From a bacterium (GTDB taxonomy: Bacteria; Hydrothermota; Tepidihabitantia; SM23-42; JAOAFX01), in contig JBNAVN010000008.1 of NCBI GenBank assembly GCA_049700315.1, positions 1-61,786 of the forward strand: DNA of 61,786 nucleotides. Direction: 5' to 3'. The first letter of the stretch is position 1, and each line of letters opens with the position of its first letter. The translations under genes were made by a program, and so were the position numbers. The notes under the pieces were generated by a model that saw only the letters and a program-made list of their open reading frames with translations, was not told the DNA's origin and ran no database searches. Below are positions 38,114 through 48,038 of the stretch, piece by piece.

Positions 38114-39593
38114 CCGATTATCAGCTGTATGCACGGGTGTGAAGATTCATTTGTTGAAATTTATTTTGGCAGGAGTGTTGATTATGGCACAACAATGTAA
38201 GGCAGGTGAATACCGCGAATCAATCCATGCGGGTTCCTGGTACCCGGGTACTGAGAAGGATCTCACTGATGCAATTAAGACCTATTTGAAGAATGCCCGG
38301 GCGAAGATTCCTGGTGAGGTTTATGGATTGGTTTCGCCACACGCAGGTTATATGTATTCAGGACCTTTTGCTGCATTTGCCTATCGCCTATTGGAAGACA
38401 AGGAATTTGATGATGTAATAATCATTGGTCCAAGTCACCGCCACGGATTTTACGGCGCTTCCGTGGATAAAATGGCAGGTAGAAAAACACCTTTAGGAAA
38501 AATAGACTTTGATGCAGAACTTGCAGAAAAGATAATTCTACAAAATCCTGAGGTGATTAAATATGACCCAGGGGCACATCAGGAAGAACACTCCGTAGAA
38601 ATTCAGGTGCCATTTTTGCAGGTGGTATTGAAGAAATTTAAAGTAGTTGAGATTGTCATGGGTTCTCAGGATTATAATACCTGTGAAGTCCTCGCTGATG
38701 CGATCGCAAATGCAACAAAAGGTAAAAAAACTTTGGTTGTTGCAAGTTCTGATCTTTCACATTATCATAATCAGCAAACAGCCGAGAAATTAGATAATCT
38801 TGTGATTGAGTCAATTGAAAAATTTGAACCAAGAGTTTTGTATAAAAGGCTTGCAGAAGATAGTTGTGAAGCCTGTGGCGGTGGTCCGATCATTACTACA
38901 ATGCTCACGGTTAAGAAGATGGGAGCAGATAAGGCAAGAGTTTTGATATATGGGACAAGTGGCAATATTACTGGTGATTACGCTCAGGTTGTGGGTTATC
39001 TATCCGCAGTATTCTTTAAAGCCGGTGATGAGGAGCATGAACAAGTTGGCGTTGATCTTGGCTTTACTGAAAAAGAGAAGCATTTTTTAAAAGATATTGC
39101 AAAAAAGACAATTGAAGCAGTGGTCAAAAGGAAGAATCTGCCTGAGTTCAAAGATTTGCCCGACAAACTAAAAGAGCCTTTTGGCGTCTTTGTAACCATA
39201 ACCAAGCACGGAAATTTAAGGGGTTGTATTGGTCATATAGTTGCTGACCAGCCATTATATAAAACCTGTCAGGAAATGGCGAAGGCAGCAGCTTTACATG
39301 ATCCGCGGTTCACCCCGGTAACCGAAAAAGAACTTCCTGACCTTGAAATTGAGATATCAGTCTTGACACCATTTGAAAGAGTGACTGATTATAAGGAAAT
39401 TGTCATTGGTAGGGATGGCTTGATAATCCGTCGCGGTTATCAAAGCGGACTGTTATTACCTCAGGTAGCAATTGATTATGGTTGGACAGTTGAAGAATTT
39501 CTGGAGCAGACCTGTGTAAAAGCAGGGTTACCTGAAGATGCCTATAAGTCAAAGGATACAGAGATCTATAAATTCTCAGCCCAGGTATTCTGA
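38100..39593 (+). CDS. amrB: AmmeMemoRadiSam protein B (Memo-like) fused to protein A (AMMECR1)
   Basis: AGSWYP, SPHAGYMYSG, EEHSVEIQVPFLQ, ASSDLSHY, ACG, then GVFVT...LRGCIG, DPRF, GRDGL, GLLLPQV. Start uncertain (38100 ATG or 38139 GTG). Confidence 0.9.
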   Translation: MKGISRLSAVCTGVKIHLLKFILAGVLIMAQQCKAGEYRESIHAGSWYPGTEKDLTDAIKTYLKNARAKIPGEVYGLVSPHAGYMYSGPFAAFAYRLLEDKEFDDVIIIGPSHRHGFYGASVDKMAGRKTPLGKIDFDAELAEKIILQNPEVIKYDPGAHQEEHSVEIQVPFLQVVLKKFKVVEIVMGSQDYNTCEVLADAIANATKGKKTLVVASSDLSHYHNQQTAEKLDNLVIESIEKFEPRVLYKRLAEDSCEACGGGPIITTMLTVKKMGADKARVLIYGTSGNITGDYAQVVGYLSAVFFKAGDEEHEQVGVDLGFTEKEKHFLKDIAKKTIEAVVKRKNLPEFKDLPDKLKEPFGVFVTITKHGNLRGCIGHIVADQPLYKTCQEMAKAAALHDPRFTPVTEKELPDLEIEISVLTPFERVTDYKEIVIGRDGLIIRRGYQSGLLLPQVAIDYGWTVEEFLEQTCVKAGLPEDAYKSKDTEIYKFSAQVF

Positions 39594-39628
39594 AAGGAGA
39601 GATAATAAAAAACTTCACTCAGCCATTA

Positions 39629-40273
39629 TTGGATATCGGTTTTGCAAAACTGGATTTGCATCGCGAGATTAGAAAAGGATTTCCTGAGGTCGTTCTGGGT
39701 CAGGGAAAAACAGAAGACCAGATTATTGAATGTGCACGTGGGATTCTTAAAACAAGCAAGAAAGTTCTTTTGACGAAGGTGAGTCCAGAGGTTGCAAAAT
39801 TACTACAGAAAAAACTGGGAGCAGGTAGATATTTTCCTGACGCAAAATTGTACTACATTGGCAACTTGAAAAGAAGAAGAGGATTAGTAATCGTCATTTC
39901 TGCAGGTACGGGCGATATTCCAGTAGCAGAAGAGTCTGCAGTTACCGCGGAAATAATGGGGAGTTATGTAAGAAGGATATATGATGTGGGGGTAGCTGGA
40001 TTACACCGGCTTATAAACTATAAGAAGCAAATAAAAAAAGCGCGGGTTCTTGTAGTTGTTGCCGGCATGGATGGTGTACTTCCTTCAGTTGTTGCAGGCT
40101 TATTCTCAGCGCCGGTGATTGCAGTGCCAACAAATATTGGTTATGGTGCTCATTTCAATGGATTAGCGCCATTATTGACAATGCTGAATTGTTGTGCTCC
40201 AGGTGTGGCAGTGGTTAATATTGACAATGGTTTTGGTGCTGGGTATCTTGCGGCAATAATAAATAGTTTATGA
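39629..40273 (+). CDS. larB: nickel-pincer cofactor biosynthesis carboxylase LarB (PurE-like)
   Basis: DLHREIRKGFPEVV, SAGTGDIPVAEE, DVGVAGLHR, AGMDGVLPS, VPTNIGYG, VVNIDNGFGA. Confidence 0.9.
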   Translation: MDIGFAKLDLHREIRKGFPEVVLGQGKTEDQIIECARGILKTSKKVLLTKVSPEVAKLLQKKLGAGRYFPDAKLYYIGNLKRRRGLVIVISAGTGDIPVAEESAVTAEIMGSYVRRIYDVGVAGLHRLINYKKQIKKARVLVVVAGMDGVLPSVVAGLFSAPVIAVPTNIGYGAHFNGLAPLLTMLNCCAPGVAVVNIDNGFGAGYLAAIINSL

Positions 40274-40929
40274 TCGTTTTTGACAAAGTAACCAAAGCAT
40301 ATCAAAAAGGCTGGATTGCCCTTGATGGTGTATCATTTGAGGTTCAAAAAGGTGAATTCATTTTTATTACTGGTCCCACAGGAGCAGGCAAAAGCACCAT
40401 ATTGAAACTAATATATAAAGAAGAAGAACCAACTAAAGGAACGATAAAGGTGATGGATAACAATCTTCATTTCCTTAGACGAAACAAAGTTCCTGAATTC
40501 CGTCGGAAAATTGGAGTAATCTTTCAGGATTTCAAATTGCTTCAAGACCGCACTGTTGAGGAGAATGTTGCCTTTGCCCTGGAGGTAACTGACATACCAC
40601 CCAGAGATTTGAAAAAAAAGGTTTTTGATATACTTACCTATGTACGGCTGAGCCATAAGAAATTGAGTTATCCATATCAACTCTCAGGTGGTGAACAACA
40701 AAAAGTTGCAATTGCCAGGGCATTGGTAAGAGACCCATACATTCTGCTCGCGGATGAGCCGACCGGAAATTTGGACCTAAAAAGTTCTCAGGAGGTCCTG
40801 GAAATCCTTTTAGACATAAACTACAAAGGAACTACTATTTTGATGGCATCTCATAACCAGTTACTTGTGAGAAAAACAAAAAGGCGAATTATCCATCTTC
40901 AGGATGGCAAAGTAATTTCTGACAAATGA
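40270..40929 (+). CDS. ftsE: cell division ATP-binding protein FtsE
   Basis: GPTGAGKST, IGVIFQDFKLL, LSGGEQQKV, LADEPTGNLD. Followed by ftsX. Confidence 0.93.
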   Translation: MIVFDKVTKAYQKGWIALDGVSFEVQKGEFIFITGPTGAGKSTILKLIYKEEEPTKGTIKVMDNNLHFLRRNKVPEFRRKIGVIFQDFKLLQDRTVEENVAFALEVTDIPPRDLKKKVFDILTYVRLSHKKLSYPYQLSGGEQQKVAIARALVRDPYILLADEPTGNLDLKSSQEVLEILLDINYKGTTILMASHNQLLVRKTKRRIIHLQDGKVISDK

Positions 40930-40944
40930 AGGAAAATTATTGAG

Positions 40945-41793
40945 ATGTCATTGCGCATTGGCATAAGAGAAGGTATTAGAACAATAATTCGTAGTCGGTC
41001 CCTGTTCTTCCTCTCACTACTGGTTGCGGCGATATCATTCTATTTGCTTTCAATCTTTGGACTTGTGACGGTTAACCTCTATAAGATGGCAAATATTCTT
41101 GATGAGAAGATTGAGATAATTGTCTTCCTGGAAGAGCGGGTTGATGTTAATCTGCTTAAGAGTAACATTGAGAAGATAAATGGTGTTCGTGAAATAATCT
41201 ATGTTTCAGCAGAGAGCGCATTAAGGCAACTTCAAGAAGAAGTTGCTGAGACCAAAGAGATTGTGCGTATATTTGAAGAAAATCCTCTACCTGCGTCATT
41301 GCGTATAAAACTTGAACCGAATTTTCGTAATATGAAAGGGCTTGAAGAAATAAGCCAGAAGATATTGCTTCTTAAGGGTGTGAAAGATACAATCTATGGT
41401 GGTGAGCTTGTTGAACAACTGAAAAGGATTACGCACATTATGCTATTTTTTGATGTTGGCTTACTATTAATTATCACCCTTTCCGTCATTTTTGTGATCT
41501 TTCAGACGATCAAGTTGACCATCTTTGCACATGCTACAGAGATTGAGATAATGAGACTTGTTGGTGCGACTGATGCATTCATTACCATCCCGTTTGTTTT
41601 CCAGGGATTGATTCAGGGAGTATTTGGAGGCATTATCGCCTACATATTGCTGATAATAACTGCACGTATTGCTTCATCCTTTTTCAGCATACCTTATTTC
41701 CCAAGAATGTTTTTCTTTGTCGGAAGTATAATATTTGGAATGATTTTCGGCATAATTGGTTCAAGTATCGCCCTGAGAAGATTTTTGAAATGA
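40945..41793 (+). CDS. ftsX: cell division permease FtsX
   Basis: ENPLPAS, TIKLTI...EIEIMRLVGAT...PF, four TM helices. Confidence 0.92.
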   Translation: MSLRIGIREGIRTIIRSRSLFFLSLLVAAISFYLLSIFGLVTVNLYKMANILDEKIEIIVFLEERVDVNLLKSNIEKINGVREIIYVSAESALRQLQEEVAETKEIVRIFEENPLPASLRIKLEPNFRNMKGLEEISQKILLLKGVKDTIYGGELVEQLKRITHIMLFFDVGLLLIITLSVIFVIFQTIKLTIFAHATEIEIMRLVGATDAFITIPFVFQGLIQGVFGGIIAYILLIITARIASSFFSIPYFPRMFFFVGSIIFGMIFGIIGSSIALRRFLK

Positions 41794-42902
41794 AGTGGCT
41801 TTTTGTTTTCCTTTGTATTTTTTCGCAACTCACTCAAAAACAGAAGGAATTGGATGATCTTAAGAAACGTCTTGGAGAAGTCCGTCAGGAGATAAAGCAG
41901 TTAGAAAAAGAAAAGGCAGGCGCACTCTCTCGTATTGAAAAAATTGATGAGGCGATAAATCTTTCTACTGAATATATTGAAAAACTAACAAGTCAGGAAT
42001 ATGAAGAGAAAACCAGAGTTGGCGAGTTATATCGTGAAATTGCGCGCCTGGAATCAAAGATGAAATTCCAAAAAGAAGAATTGCGAGAAAGGTTAATTAG
42101 ACTTTACAAATGGACGCCATTCTATCGTTTAGAAATACTATTTTCATCCAAATCAATTCCTGAGATTCTTTCAACTTCTTATTATTTGCAGATGCTGGCA
42201 AAAAATGATAGAAAGCTATTTTTTGAATTCAAAAATGACTGGACAAAATATCTGGCTGATAAAAAAATGCGAGAAGAATTGATTGTTATATTGGAATCTC
42301 GTCGTCTTGAGAAGGAGCAGGAACTTGATCAGTTGAGCAAAGAACGTCAGGAAAAAAAGCAAATATTGGACGAAATGGCAAGAAAAGAAACAGAAAAGAA
42401 GAAAATTGAAAAAGAATTGAAAAGCGCCCAGCGTAAACTGGAAGATTTAATTGTATCATTACAGAAGCAGCGAGAAAAAGAAATTGCCATTGCCAAGAGC
42501 CATTTTGAGATGAACAAAGGAAAATTGCCCTGGCCCTGTAAGGGTTCTGTGGGAACAAAATTCGGTAAGGTTGTTCATCCTAAGTACAATACAACTACGA
42601 AAAATAATGGAATTGATATACTTAGTACTTATGGTGAACAGGTTTATTCAGTTGCTCAGGGTAAGGTCGTATATGCGGGCAAATTTATGGGTTACGGAAA
42701 TCTTGTTTTGATTGACCATTTCGATGGTTTTTACTCACTATACGGACACTTGTCAGAAATTCTTGTTAAGGTTGGTGATGAAGTTCCTGCCGGAAGGATA
42801 ATTGGCAGGGTGGGTGAGAGTGGTTCACTCTCTGGTCCAATGCTACATTTTGAATTGAGAAAAGAAGGAAAACCAGTAGACCCATTAGTCTATCTGGAGT
42901 AA
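41790..42902 (+). CDS. envC: EnvC-like coiled-coil + M23 domain protein
   Basis: Long coiled coil, KGKLPWP, NNGIDI, YGNLVLIDH, SLYGHL, LHFELR. Follows ftsEX. Confidence 0.85.
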   Translation: MKWLFVFLCIFSQLTQKQKELDDLKKRLGEVRQEIKQLEKEKAGALSRIEKIDEAINLSTEYIEKLTSQEYEEKTRVGELYREIARLESKMKFQKEELRERLIRLYKWTPFYRLEILFSSKSIPEILSTSYYLQMLAKNDRKLFFEFKNDWTKYLADKKMREELIVILESRRLEKEQELDQLSKERQEKKQILDEMARKETEKKKIEKELKSAQRKLEDLIVSLQKQREKEIAIAKSHFEMNKGKLPWPCKGSVGTKFGKVVHPKYNTTTKNNGIDILSTYGEQVYSVAQGKVVYAGKFMGYGNLVLIDHFDGFYSLYGHLSEILVKVGDEVPAGRIIGRVGESGSLSGPMLHFELRKEGKPVDPLVYLE

Positions 42903-43013
42903 GATACGAAAAACTTTTTTGTGAAACAATGAAATGTTGTTACGGAATAGAGAAATAATTAATGTATTCGCTCCACACCGGTTTGGATCAATTTAGGTTT
43001 ACTGGTTTTTGGA

Positions 43014-43793
43014 TTAGTTGCCGATCTTGGCTGCACTTACAAGATATGCAGTATGGGTGATACCTCTTTCCTTTGGACGGACACCCCTTTCTCTAACCAG
43101 TATCTCCCTTTGTATGATTTCGCAGACCTTTATTCTAATAAAATTAAACTCCTGCAGTGCCTCAACCATTCTCTTAACCTGTTCTACATTTGGACTCCAG
43201 GCTACCAAATGATGGCCATTCTTAAGCGCGTCAGATGCCCTGGATACAATATCCCAGGGTTCAGGCACATCGATGAATATTGCATCCACATTTTTCTGTA
43301 GAAATCCATCAGTTGCTACATCCTGAAGAAAGAATTCTATTTTGCTATTCTTGGTAAATTTTTCTAAGTTTTTCTTTGCATTTTCCAGGAATTCTGCATT
43401 TCTTTCATAGGAATAGACAATTCCATCAGGTGCAACAGTCTTTGACAAGAATAATGTCAAAGCGCCACTCCCTGTGCCAACTTCAATGACCTCTGAGCCA
43501 GGTCCTATTGAGGTCTCAAATAACAAATAACCGAGGTCTTTTGGATATACAATTGTGGTTTTCCTCTTTATTTTCAGCATCAGGTCACTGGTTGTGGGCT
43601 TGAGACAATAGAAATTCTTTCCCAGATGTGTTCTACCAGTATAGCCAAATTCTTTATTAAATATGTCATCAATCTTTATTTCTCCAAGATCAGTTGAAAG
43701 TTTTAGCCTCGGTGTCGCCTGGATAAGAAATTGTCGTTTTTCATCAAGATAAATATAAACTAAATCACCGGGTCTAATGAGATTTTCAGCCAT
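43014..43793 (-). CDS. trmI: tRNA (adenine(58)-N1)-methyltransferase (TrmI/GCD14 family)
   Basis: KRKTTIVYPKD, IEVGTGSGALT, YER, DVPEPW, HTAYL. Start MAENL at 43793, 6 nt after a TTGACC-16-TATACT promoter. Confidence 0.9.
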   Translation of the reverse strand: MAENLIRPGDLVYIYLDEKRQFLIQATPRLKLSTDLGEIKIDDIFNKEFGYTGRTHLGKNFYCLKPTTSDLMLKIKRKTTIVYPKDLGYLLFETSIGPGSEVIEVGTGSGALTLFLSKTVAPDGIVYSYERNAEFLENAKKNLEKFTKNSKIEFFLQDVATDGFLQKNVDAIFIDVPEPWDIVSRASDALKNGHHLVAWSPNVEQVKRMVEALQEFNFIRIKVCEIIQREILVRERGVRPKERGITHTAYLVSAAKIGN

Positions 43794-43914
43794 AATTTCA
43801 GTATAATAAAAAACAATCAAAGGTCAATAGATATCTATGTTCATTAACTACATCTTGCTTTTTAATATTAGTTTCTTGACTAACTAAGGATTTTAATTAT
43901 CATATTTTGAACTT

Positions 43915-44811
43915 ATGAATGAACAATTTGACTTATCGGATTTTGAGAATTTTTTGATAAGCCAGGGGAGTGAATTGAATACCATTCAATCGTATCTCTC
44001 TGACATTAAACAATTATGGTTTTTTCTTGATTCAAACAAAATAGGAATAATACATGCTCGTACCAGAGACTTAAGGAATTTTATCCATTCTCTATTTGAT
44101 ATGGGTCTGAGTCCGGTTTCAATAAACCGTAAGATTTCAGCAATGAGGGTATATTATGACTATCTATTTTCAAATAATAGAATCGTCAGCAATCCTGCAG
44201 ATGACCTGGAACTGTTAAAGGTTGGCAGGAAATTACCGTTGATTTTATCGGTGGATGAAGCAAACGCAATAGTTGAATCCGCAAATGAGCAGACACCAGC
44301 CGGATTAAGAGATAGGATGTGTCTTGAATTACTTTATGGTGCAGGATTGAGGATTTCTGAATTATTGAACCTTAAGGTGGCTGATATAATAATGAATGAA
44401 GAATTGCTTAGTATCATTGGTAAGGGTAATAAGCAAAGATTCGTGCCATTTGGGAAAAAAGCATTCAAATCAATCCGTGAATATCTTCAGAATGGCAGAT
44501 CATCTTTGCTGAAGAACAGGAAGACTTCATATCTTGTTTTGAATACGAGAGGAGGAAAACTTTCAAGGATGGGATTTTTGAAGATTTTGCGTAAATATCT
44601 TATAAAATCAGGAATAAGAAAAAGGGTTACACCACATACTTTCAGGCATTCTTATGCTACGCATCTACTCCAGGCTGGTGCAGATTTGAGGGCAGTCCAG
44701 GAATTACTTGGACATTCAGATATTTCTACAACCCAGATCTATACCCACATTGACCGCGAGTATCTGAAAGAAATCCACAGACAATTTCACCCCAGGGAGC
44801 AGGAAATTTGA
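43915..44811 (+). CDS. xerD: site-specific tyrosine recombinase XerD-like
   Basis: RDRMCLELLYGAGLRISEL, GKGNKQR, TPHTFRHSYATHLL, ADLRAVQELLGHSDISTTQIYTH. Confidence 0.85.
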   Translation: MNEQFDLSDFENFLISQGSELNTIQSYLSDIKQLWFFLDSNKIGIIHARTRDLRNFIHSLFDMGLSPVSINRKISAMRVYYDYLFSNNRIVSNPADDLELLKVGRKLPLILSVDEANAIVESANEQTPAGLRDRMCLELLYGAGLRISELLNLKVADIIMNEELLSIIGKGNKQRFVPFGKKAFKSIREYLQNGRSSLLKNRKTSYLVLNTRGGKLSRMGFLKILRKYLIKSGIRKRVTPHTFRHSYATHLLQAGADLRAVQELLGHSDISTTQIYTHIDREYLKEIHRQFHPREQEI

Positions 44812-44854
44812 ATATAGAAATTTGTGATGATTTGGATAAGTGTATGCAGGATAA

Positions 44855-46948
44855 GTGGATATGAAATGGGGATTTTCAAATAAATCAATGTTGTTAATTT
44901 ACATTGCAGTTACTGTAATCGTAACTTTCTTCTCGCTTTCGCCCTGTCTTCAGAACGACTATTGCAACTGGGATGATTATCATCTCATTACGGCAAATCA
45001 TTCAATAAAAGACTTATCCTGGAGAAATATTAAAGAAATGTTCACTTCCGGGTATGTTGGAACATATATACCTTTGACCATTTTTTCTTTTGCAGTTGAA
45101 TATAAATTCTTTAATCTCAACCCTCGTGTATCACATACAATAAATTTGGTCATACACATTTTTAATGTCATTTTGGTGTTCTGGTTGATTTATTTATTGA
45201 ACGGTAATCTTATGGTTGCCTTTATTGTAAGTCTTTTCTTTGGCATCCATCCATTGCATGTTGAATCAGTTGCCTGGGCAACCGAGAGAAAGGATATGCT
45301 GTATTCCTTTTTCTATTTGATGTCTTTGATATTCTATCTTTATTATCATAGGATTAAGAAAGAGTTTTTGTATATTCTTTCACTCGTAGTTTTTATTGTA
45401 TCTCTTTTATCAAAACCAATGGCAGTGACTCTGCCCCTGATTTTGGTACTTTTTGATTACTATTTTGAAAAGAGATTGTCTATTAAACAAGTTTATTCAA
45501 AGATGCCCTATTTTGTCTGTGCGATATTTATAGGAATCATCAATATATATTTTCAGGGTTCTGGTAGTGTTCTGTTGACCAATTATCTCAAACACTTTTT
45601 TGTATTCTTCTACAATCTTTTGTTTTATATCTATAAAATTCTCCTTCCAATCAATTTATCCTGTTTTTATCCGTATCCAGCGGACTTTGAGAAATCATTG
45701 TCTTTGTCATTCTTGATTTCACCTTTGATAGTTGCAGGCCTGGTCTATTTGATCATACAAACAAAAAAAATCACGCACAAAATCATTTTTGGCGCACTCT
45801 TTTTTGTTATTACCATATTGCCAGTCAGTCAAATAGTTCCTTTGGTTGCACCTGCAATTGCTGCTGATCGTTACACTTACATTCCATCAATCGGATTGTT
45901 CTTCATCGCTGGATTAGTTTTGGAATGGCTTTATTGCAAAAGGCTTAAAGATTCAGGTGCTACAAAAATTGTCTTCTATCTCTTTCTTCTCTGTGTTTTT
46001 GGTTTATGCGCGGTTCTTTCTTTTAAACGTTGCAAGATATGGAAAGATAGTATCACACTTTGGACTGACGTCCTGAGAAAATATCCGAATAGTGATCTGG
46101 CATATAACAATCGAGGGAATGCATACAATCTGCTTGGTCAATATGACAATGCTATGTCAGATTTCAACAGGGCAATTGAATTCAATCCATCATTGGAACT
46201 TTCTTACTTTAATCGCGGGACTATTTACGAACGCTTAGGTTTATATGATAAGGCAATTGCAGATTTCACGAATGCATTAAAAATTCAGCCCAATTTTGTA
46301 ATGGGATACGTTGACCGTGGGGCAATTTATACCAAGGTCGGAGAATATGATAAGGCGTATAACGATTTGATTCATGCACTTCAGCTGAAGTCAAATCTAC
46401 CTGAAGCATATTATAACCTTGGTGTGCTTTACTTCAAACTGAATAATTACAATCTTGCAATCGAAAATTATAAGCGCGCGCTTGATCTTGATCCCTACTT
46501 TGCAGTTGTCTATATTAGTCTTGCTGATATATACTTTATTCATGGTGATTATGAGCGGGCAATTGAAAATTATACAAAATCAATGAAAATTGATTCTTTA
46601 GTTGCTGATGCATATTACAACCGTGCTGTAACATTCGCAAAATTAGGATATTTGGATCATGCTTTGTCTGATTATAACAAAACGCTTCAATTAGAACCCG
46701 ACTATGCCCAGGCATACAATAACCGGGGGAATATTTATTTTAAGTTTGGTGAAATAGAAAATGCAATCAAAGATTATGATCGGGCAATTGAATTAGAACC
46801 GAATTATACCCAGGCTTACTACAATCGGGCTCTGGCATATCAGAAAATTGGTGATTTTGAAAGAGTCTTACAGGATTTGAATACCTTAAGGAAATTTGGC
46901 ATAGTGCCTGACTCAAATTTTATTAAACTGCCAGAAAAAGGAAAATAA
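44855..46948 (+). CDS. TMTC-like GT-C membrane protein with C-terminal TPR array
   Basis: NWDD, YIPLT, HPLHVESVAWATERKD, LLSKPMAVTLP, ADRYTYIP, WKDSITLW, then about 8 TPRs. Confidence 0.82.
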   Translation: MDMKWGFSNKSMLLIYIAVTVIVTFFSLSPCLQNDYCNWDDYHLITANHSIKDLSWRNIKEMFTSGYVGTYIPLTIFSFAVEYKFFNLNPRVSHTINLVIHIFNVILVFWLIYLLNGNLMVAFIVSLFFGIHPLHVESVAWATERKDMLYSFFYLMSLIFYLYYHRIKKEFLYILSLVVFIVSLLSKPMAVTLPLILVLFDYYFEKRLSIKQVYSKMPYFVCAIFIGIINIYFQGSGSVLLTNYLKHFFVFFYNLLFYIYKILLPINLSCFYPYPADFEKSLSLSFLISPLIVAGLVYLIIQTKKITHKIIFGALFFVITILPVSQIVPLVAPAIAADRYTYIPSIGLFFIAGLVLEWLYCKRLKDSGATKIVFYLFLLCVFGLCAVLSFKRCKIWKDSITLWTDVLRKYPNSDLAYNNRGNAYNLLGQYDNAMSDFNRAIEFNPSLELSYFNRGTIYERLGLYDKAIADFTNALKIQPNFVMGYVDRGAIYTKVGEYDKAYNDLIHALQLKSNLPEAYYNLGVLYFKLNNYNLAIENYKRALDLDPYFAVVYISLADIYFIHGDYERAIENYTKSMKIDSLVADAYYNRAVTFAKLGYLDHALSDYNKTLQLEPDYAQAYNNRGNIYFKFGEIENAIKDYDRAIELEPNYTQAYYNRALAYQKIGDFERVLQDLNTLRKFGIVPDSNFIKLPEKGK

Positions 46949-46958
46949 AGGAGGCAGC

Positions 46959-48032
46959 ATGGCATACAATATTCTCGTCATAAATCCTGGTGCTGGTTCA
47001 ACCAGAATAGCGGTTTATAAAAATAGTGAACCGATCTTAGAAGAAAATATCCGGCATAGCCCTGAAGAACTCAAGCAATTTCCAAGAATAATTGATCAGT
47101 ATCAATGGCGAAAGGAAAAAGTCATTGATTTTCTGAAGAGCAAAAACTTTGAGCTGAAAAAATTGAATGCAGTTGTAGGAAGGGGTGGTCCTTTCAAGCC
47201 CCTGACAAGTGGAACTTATCTTGTAAATCAAAAATTGATTGATGATATCAAAAATGGAAATTATCAATCTGAACATCCATCACTCCTCGGTGCAATGATT
47301 GCAAAAGAAATTGCTGATAATATTGGAGTCAATGCCTATTTTGTTGACCCTGTATCGGTTGATGAATTCTGGGAATTATCAAGATTTTCAGGTTTAAAAG
47401 AGATAAATAGAAAGGCATTGAGCCATGCATTAAATGTCAGGATGGTAGCAAAAAAGGCAGCAAAGGAAATGAAGAAACCTTATGAAGAATGCAATTTTGT
47501 TATTGTCCATCTTGGGACAGGGATCACAGTCGCGGCACATTTAAAAGGAAAACAGGTTGATTCATCAAATGCAAATGAAGATGGTCCATTTTCTCCCCAG
47601 AGAACCGGTTCATTGCCAACCATACCACTTGTAGAACTTTGTTTCAGTGGTAAATATAGCGAATCAGAGATTAAAAAGAAATTATTGAGGGAAGGTGGAT
47701 TGCTTTCTTATCTTGGGACTGATGATATTAAAGAGGTTGAGGAAAGGATTGAACAGGGTGATAGTTATGCAGATCTTGTTTATAATGCACTGATTTATCA
47801 GGTGGCAAAAGAAGTCGGTGCATATGCGGTAGTATTGAAGGGAGAGATTGATGCCATAATCATCACCGGTGGCATTGCCCACTCAGAAAAATTTGTTAAT
47901 AAATTAAAATCCTGGATAGAATTTTTATGCCCTAAATTTTTTGTCTTTCCAGGCGAAGGAGAGATGAAAGCACTTGCACTCGGTGTTTTGCGTGTGCTGA
48001 CCGGCGAAGAAAAGGCAAAGGAATACCAATAA
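46959..48032 (+). CDS. buk: butyrate kinase
   Basis: ILVINPGAGST, VGRGG, VDPVSVDE, HALN, HLGTGIT, GPFSPQRTG, TGGIA, PGEGEM. Confidence 0.93.
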   Translation: MAYNILVINPGAGSTRIAVYKNSEPILEENIRHSPEELKQFPRIIDQYQWRKEKVIDFLKSKNFELKKLNAVVGRGGPFKPLTSGTYLVNQKLIDDIKNGNYQSEHPSLLGAMIAKEIADNIGVNAYFVDPVSVDEFWELSRFSGLKEINRKALSHALNVRMVAKKAAKEMKKPYEECNFVIVHLGTGITVAAHLKGKQVDSSNANEDGPFSPQRTGSLPTIPLVELCFSGKYSESEIKKKLLREGGLLSYLGTDDIKEVEERIEQGDSYADLVYNALIYQVAKEVGAYAVVLKGEIDAIIITGGIAHSEKFVNKLKSWIEFLCPKFFVFPGEGEMKALALGVLRVLTGEEKAKEYQ

Positions 48033-48038
48033 GGATTA

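Noticed and set aside
43915-44811. Tyrosine recombinase as a prophage or island integrase
   Set aside because: Its size and motifs match chromosomal XerD, its neighbours are housekeeping genes, and no att repeats or phage genes are visible.
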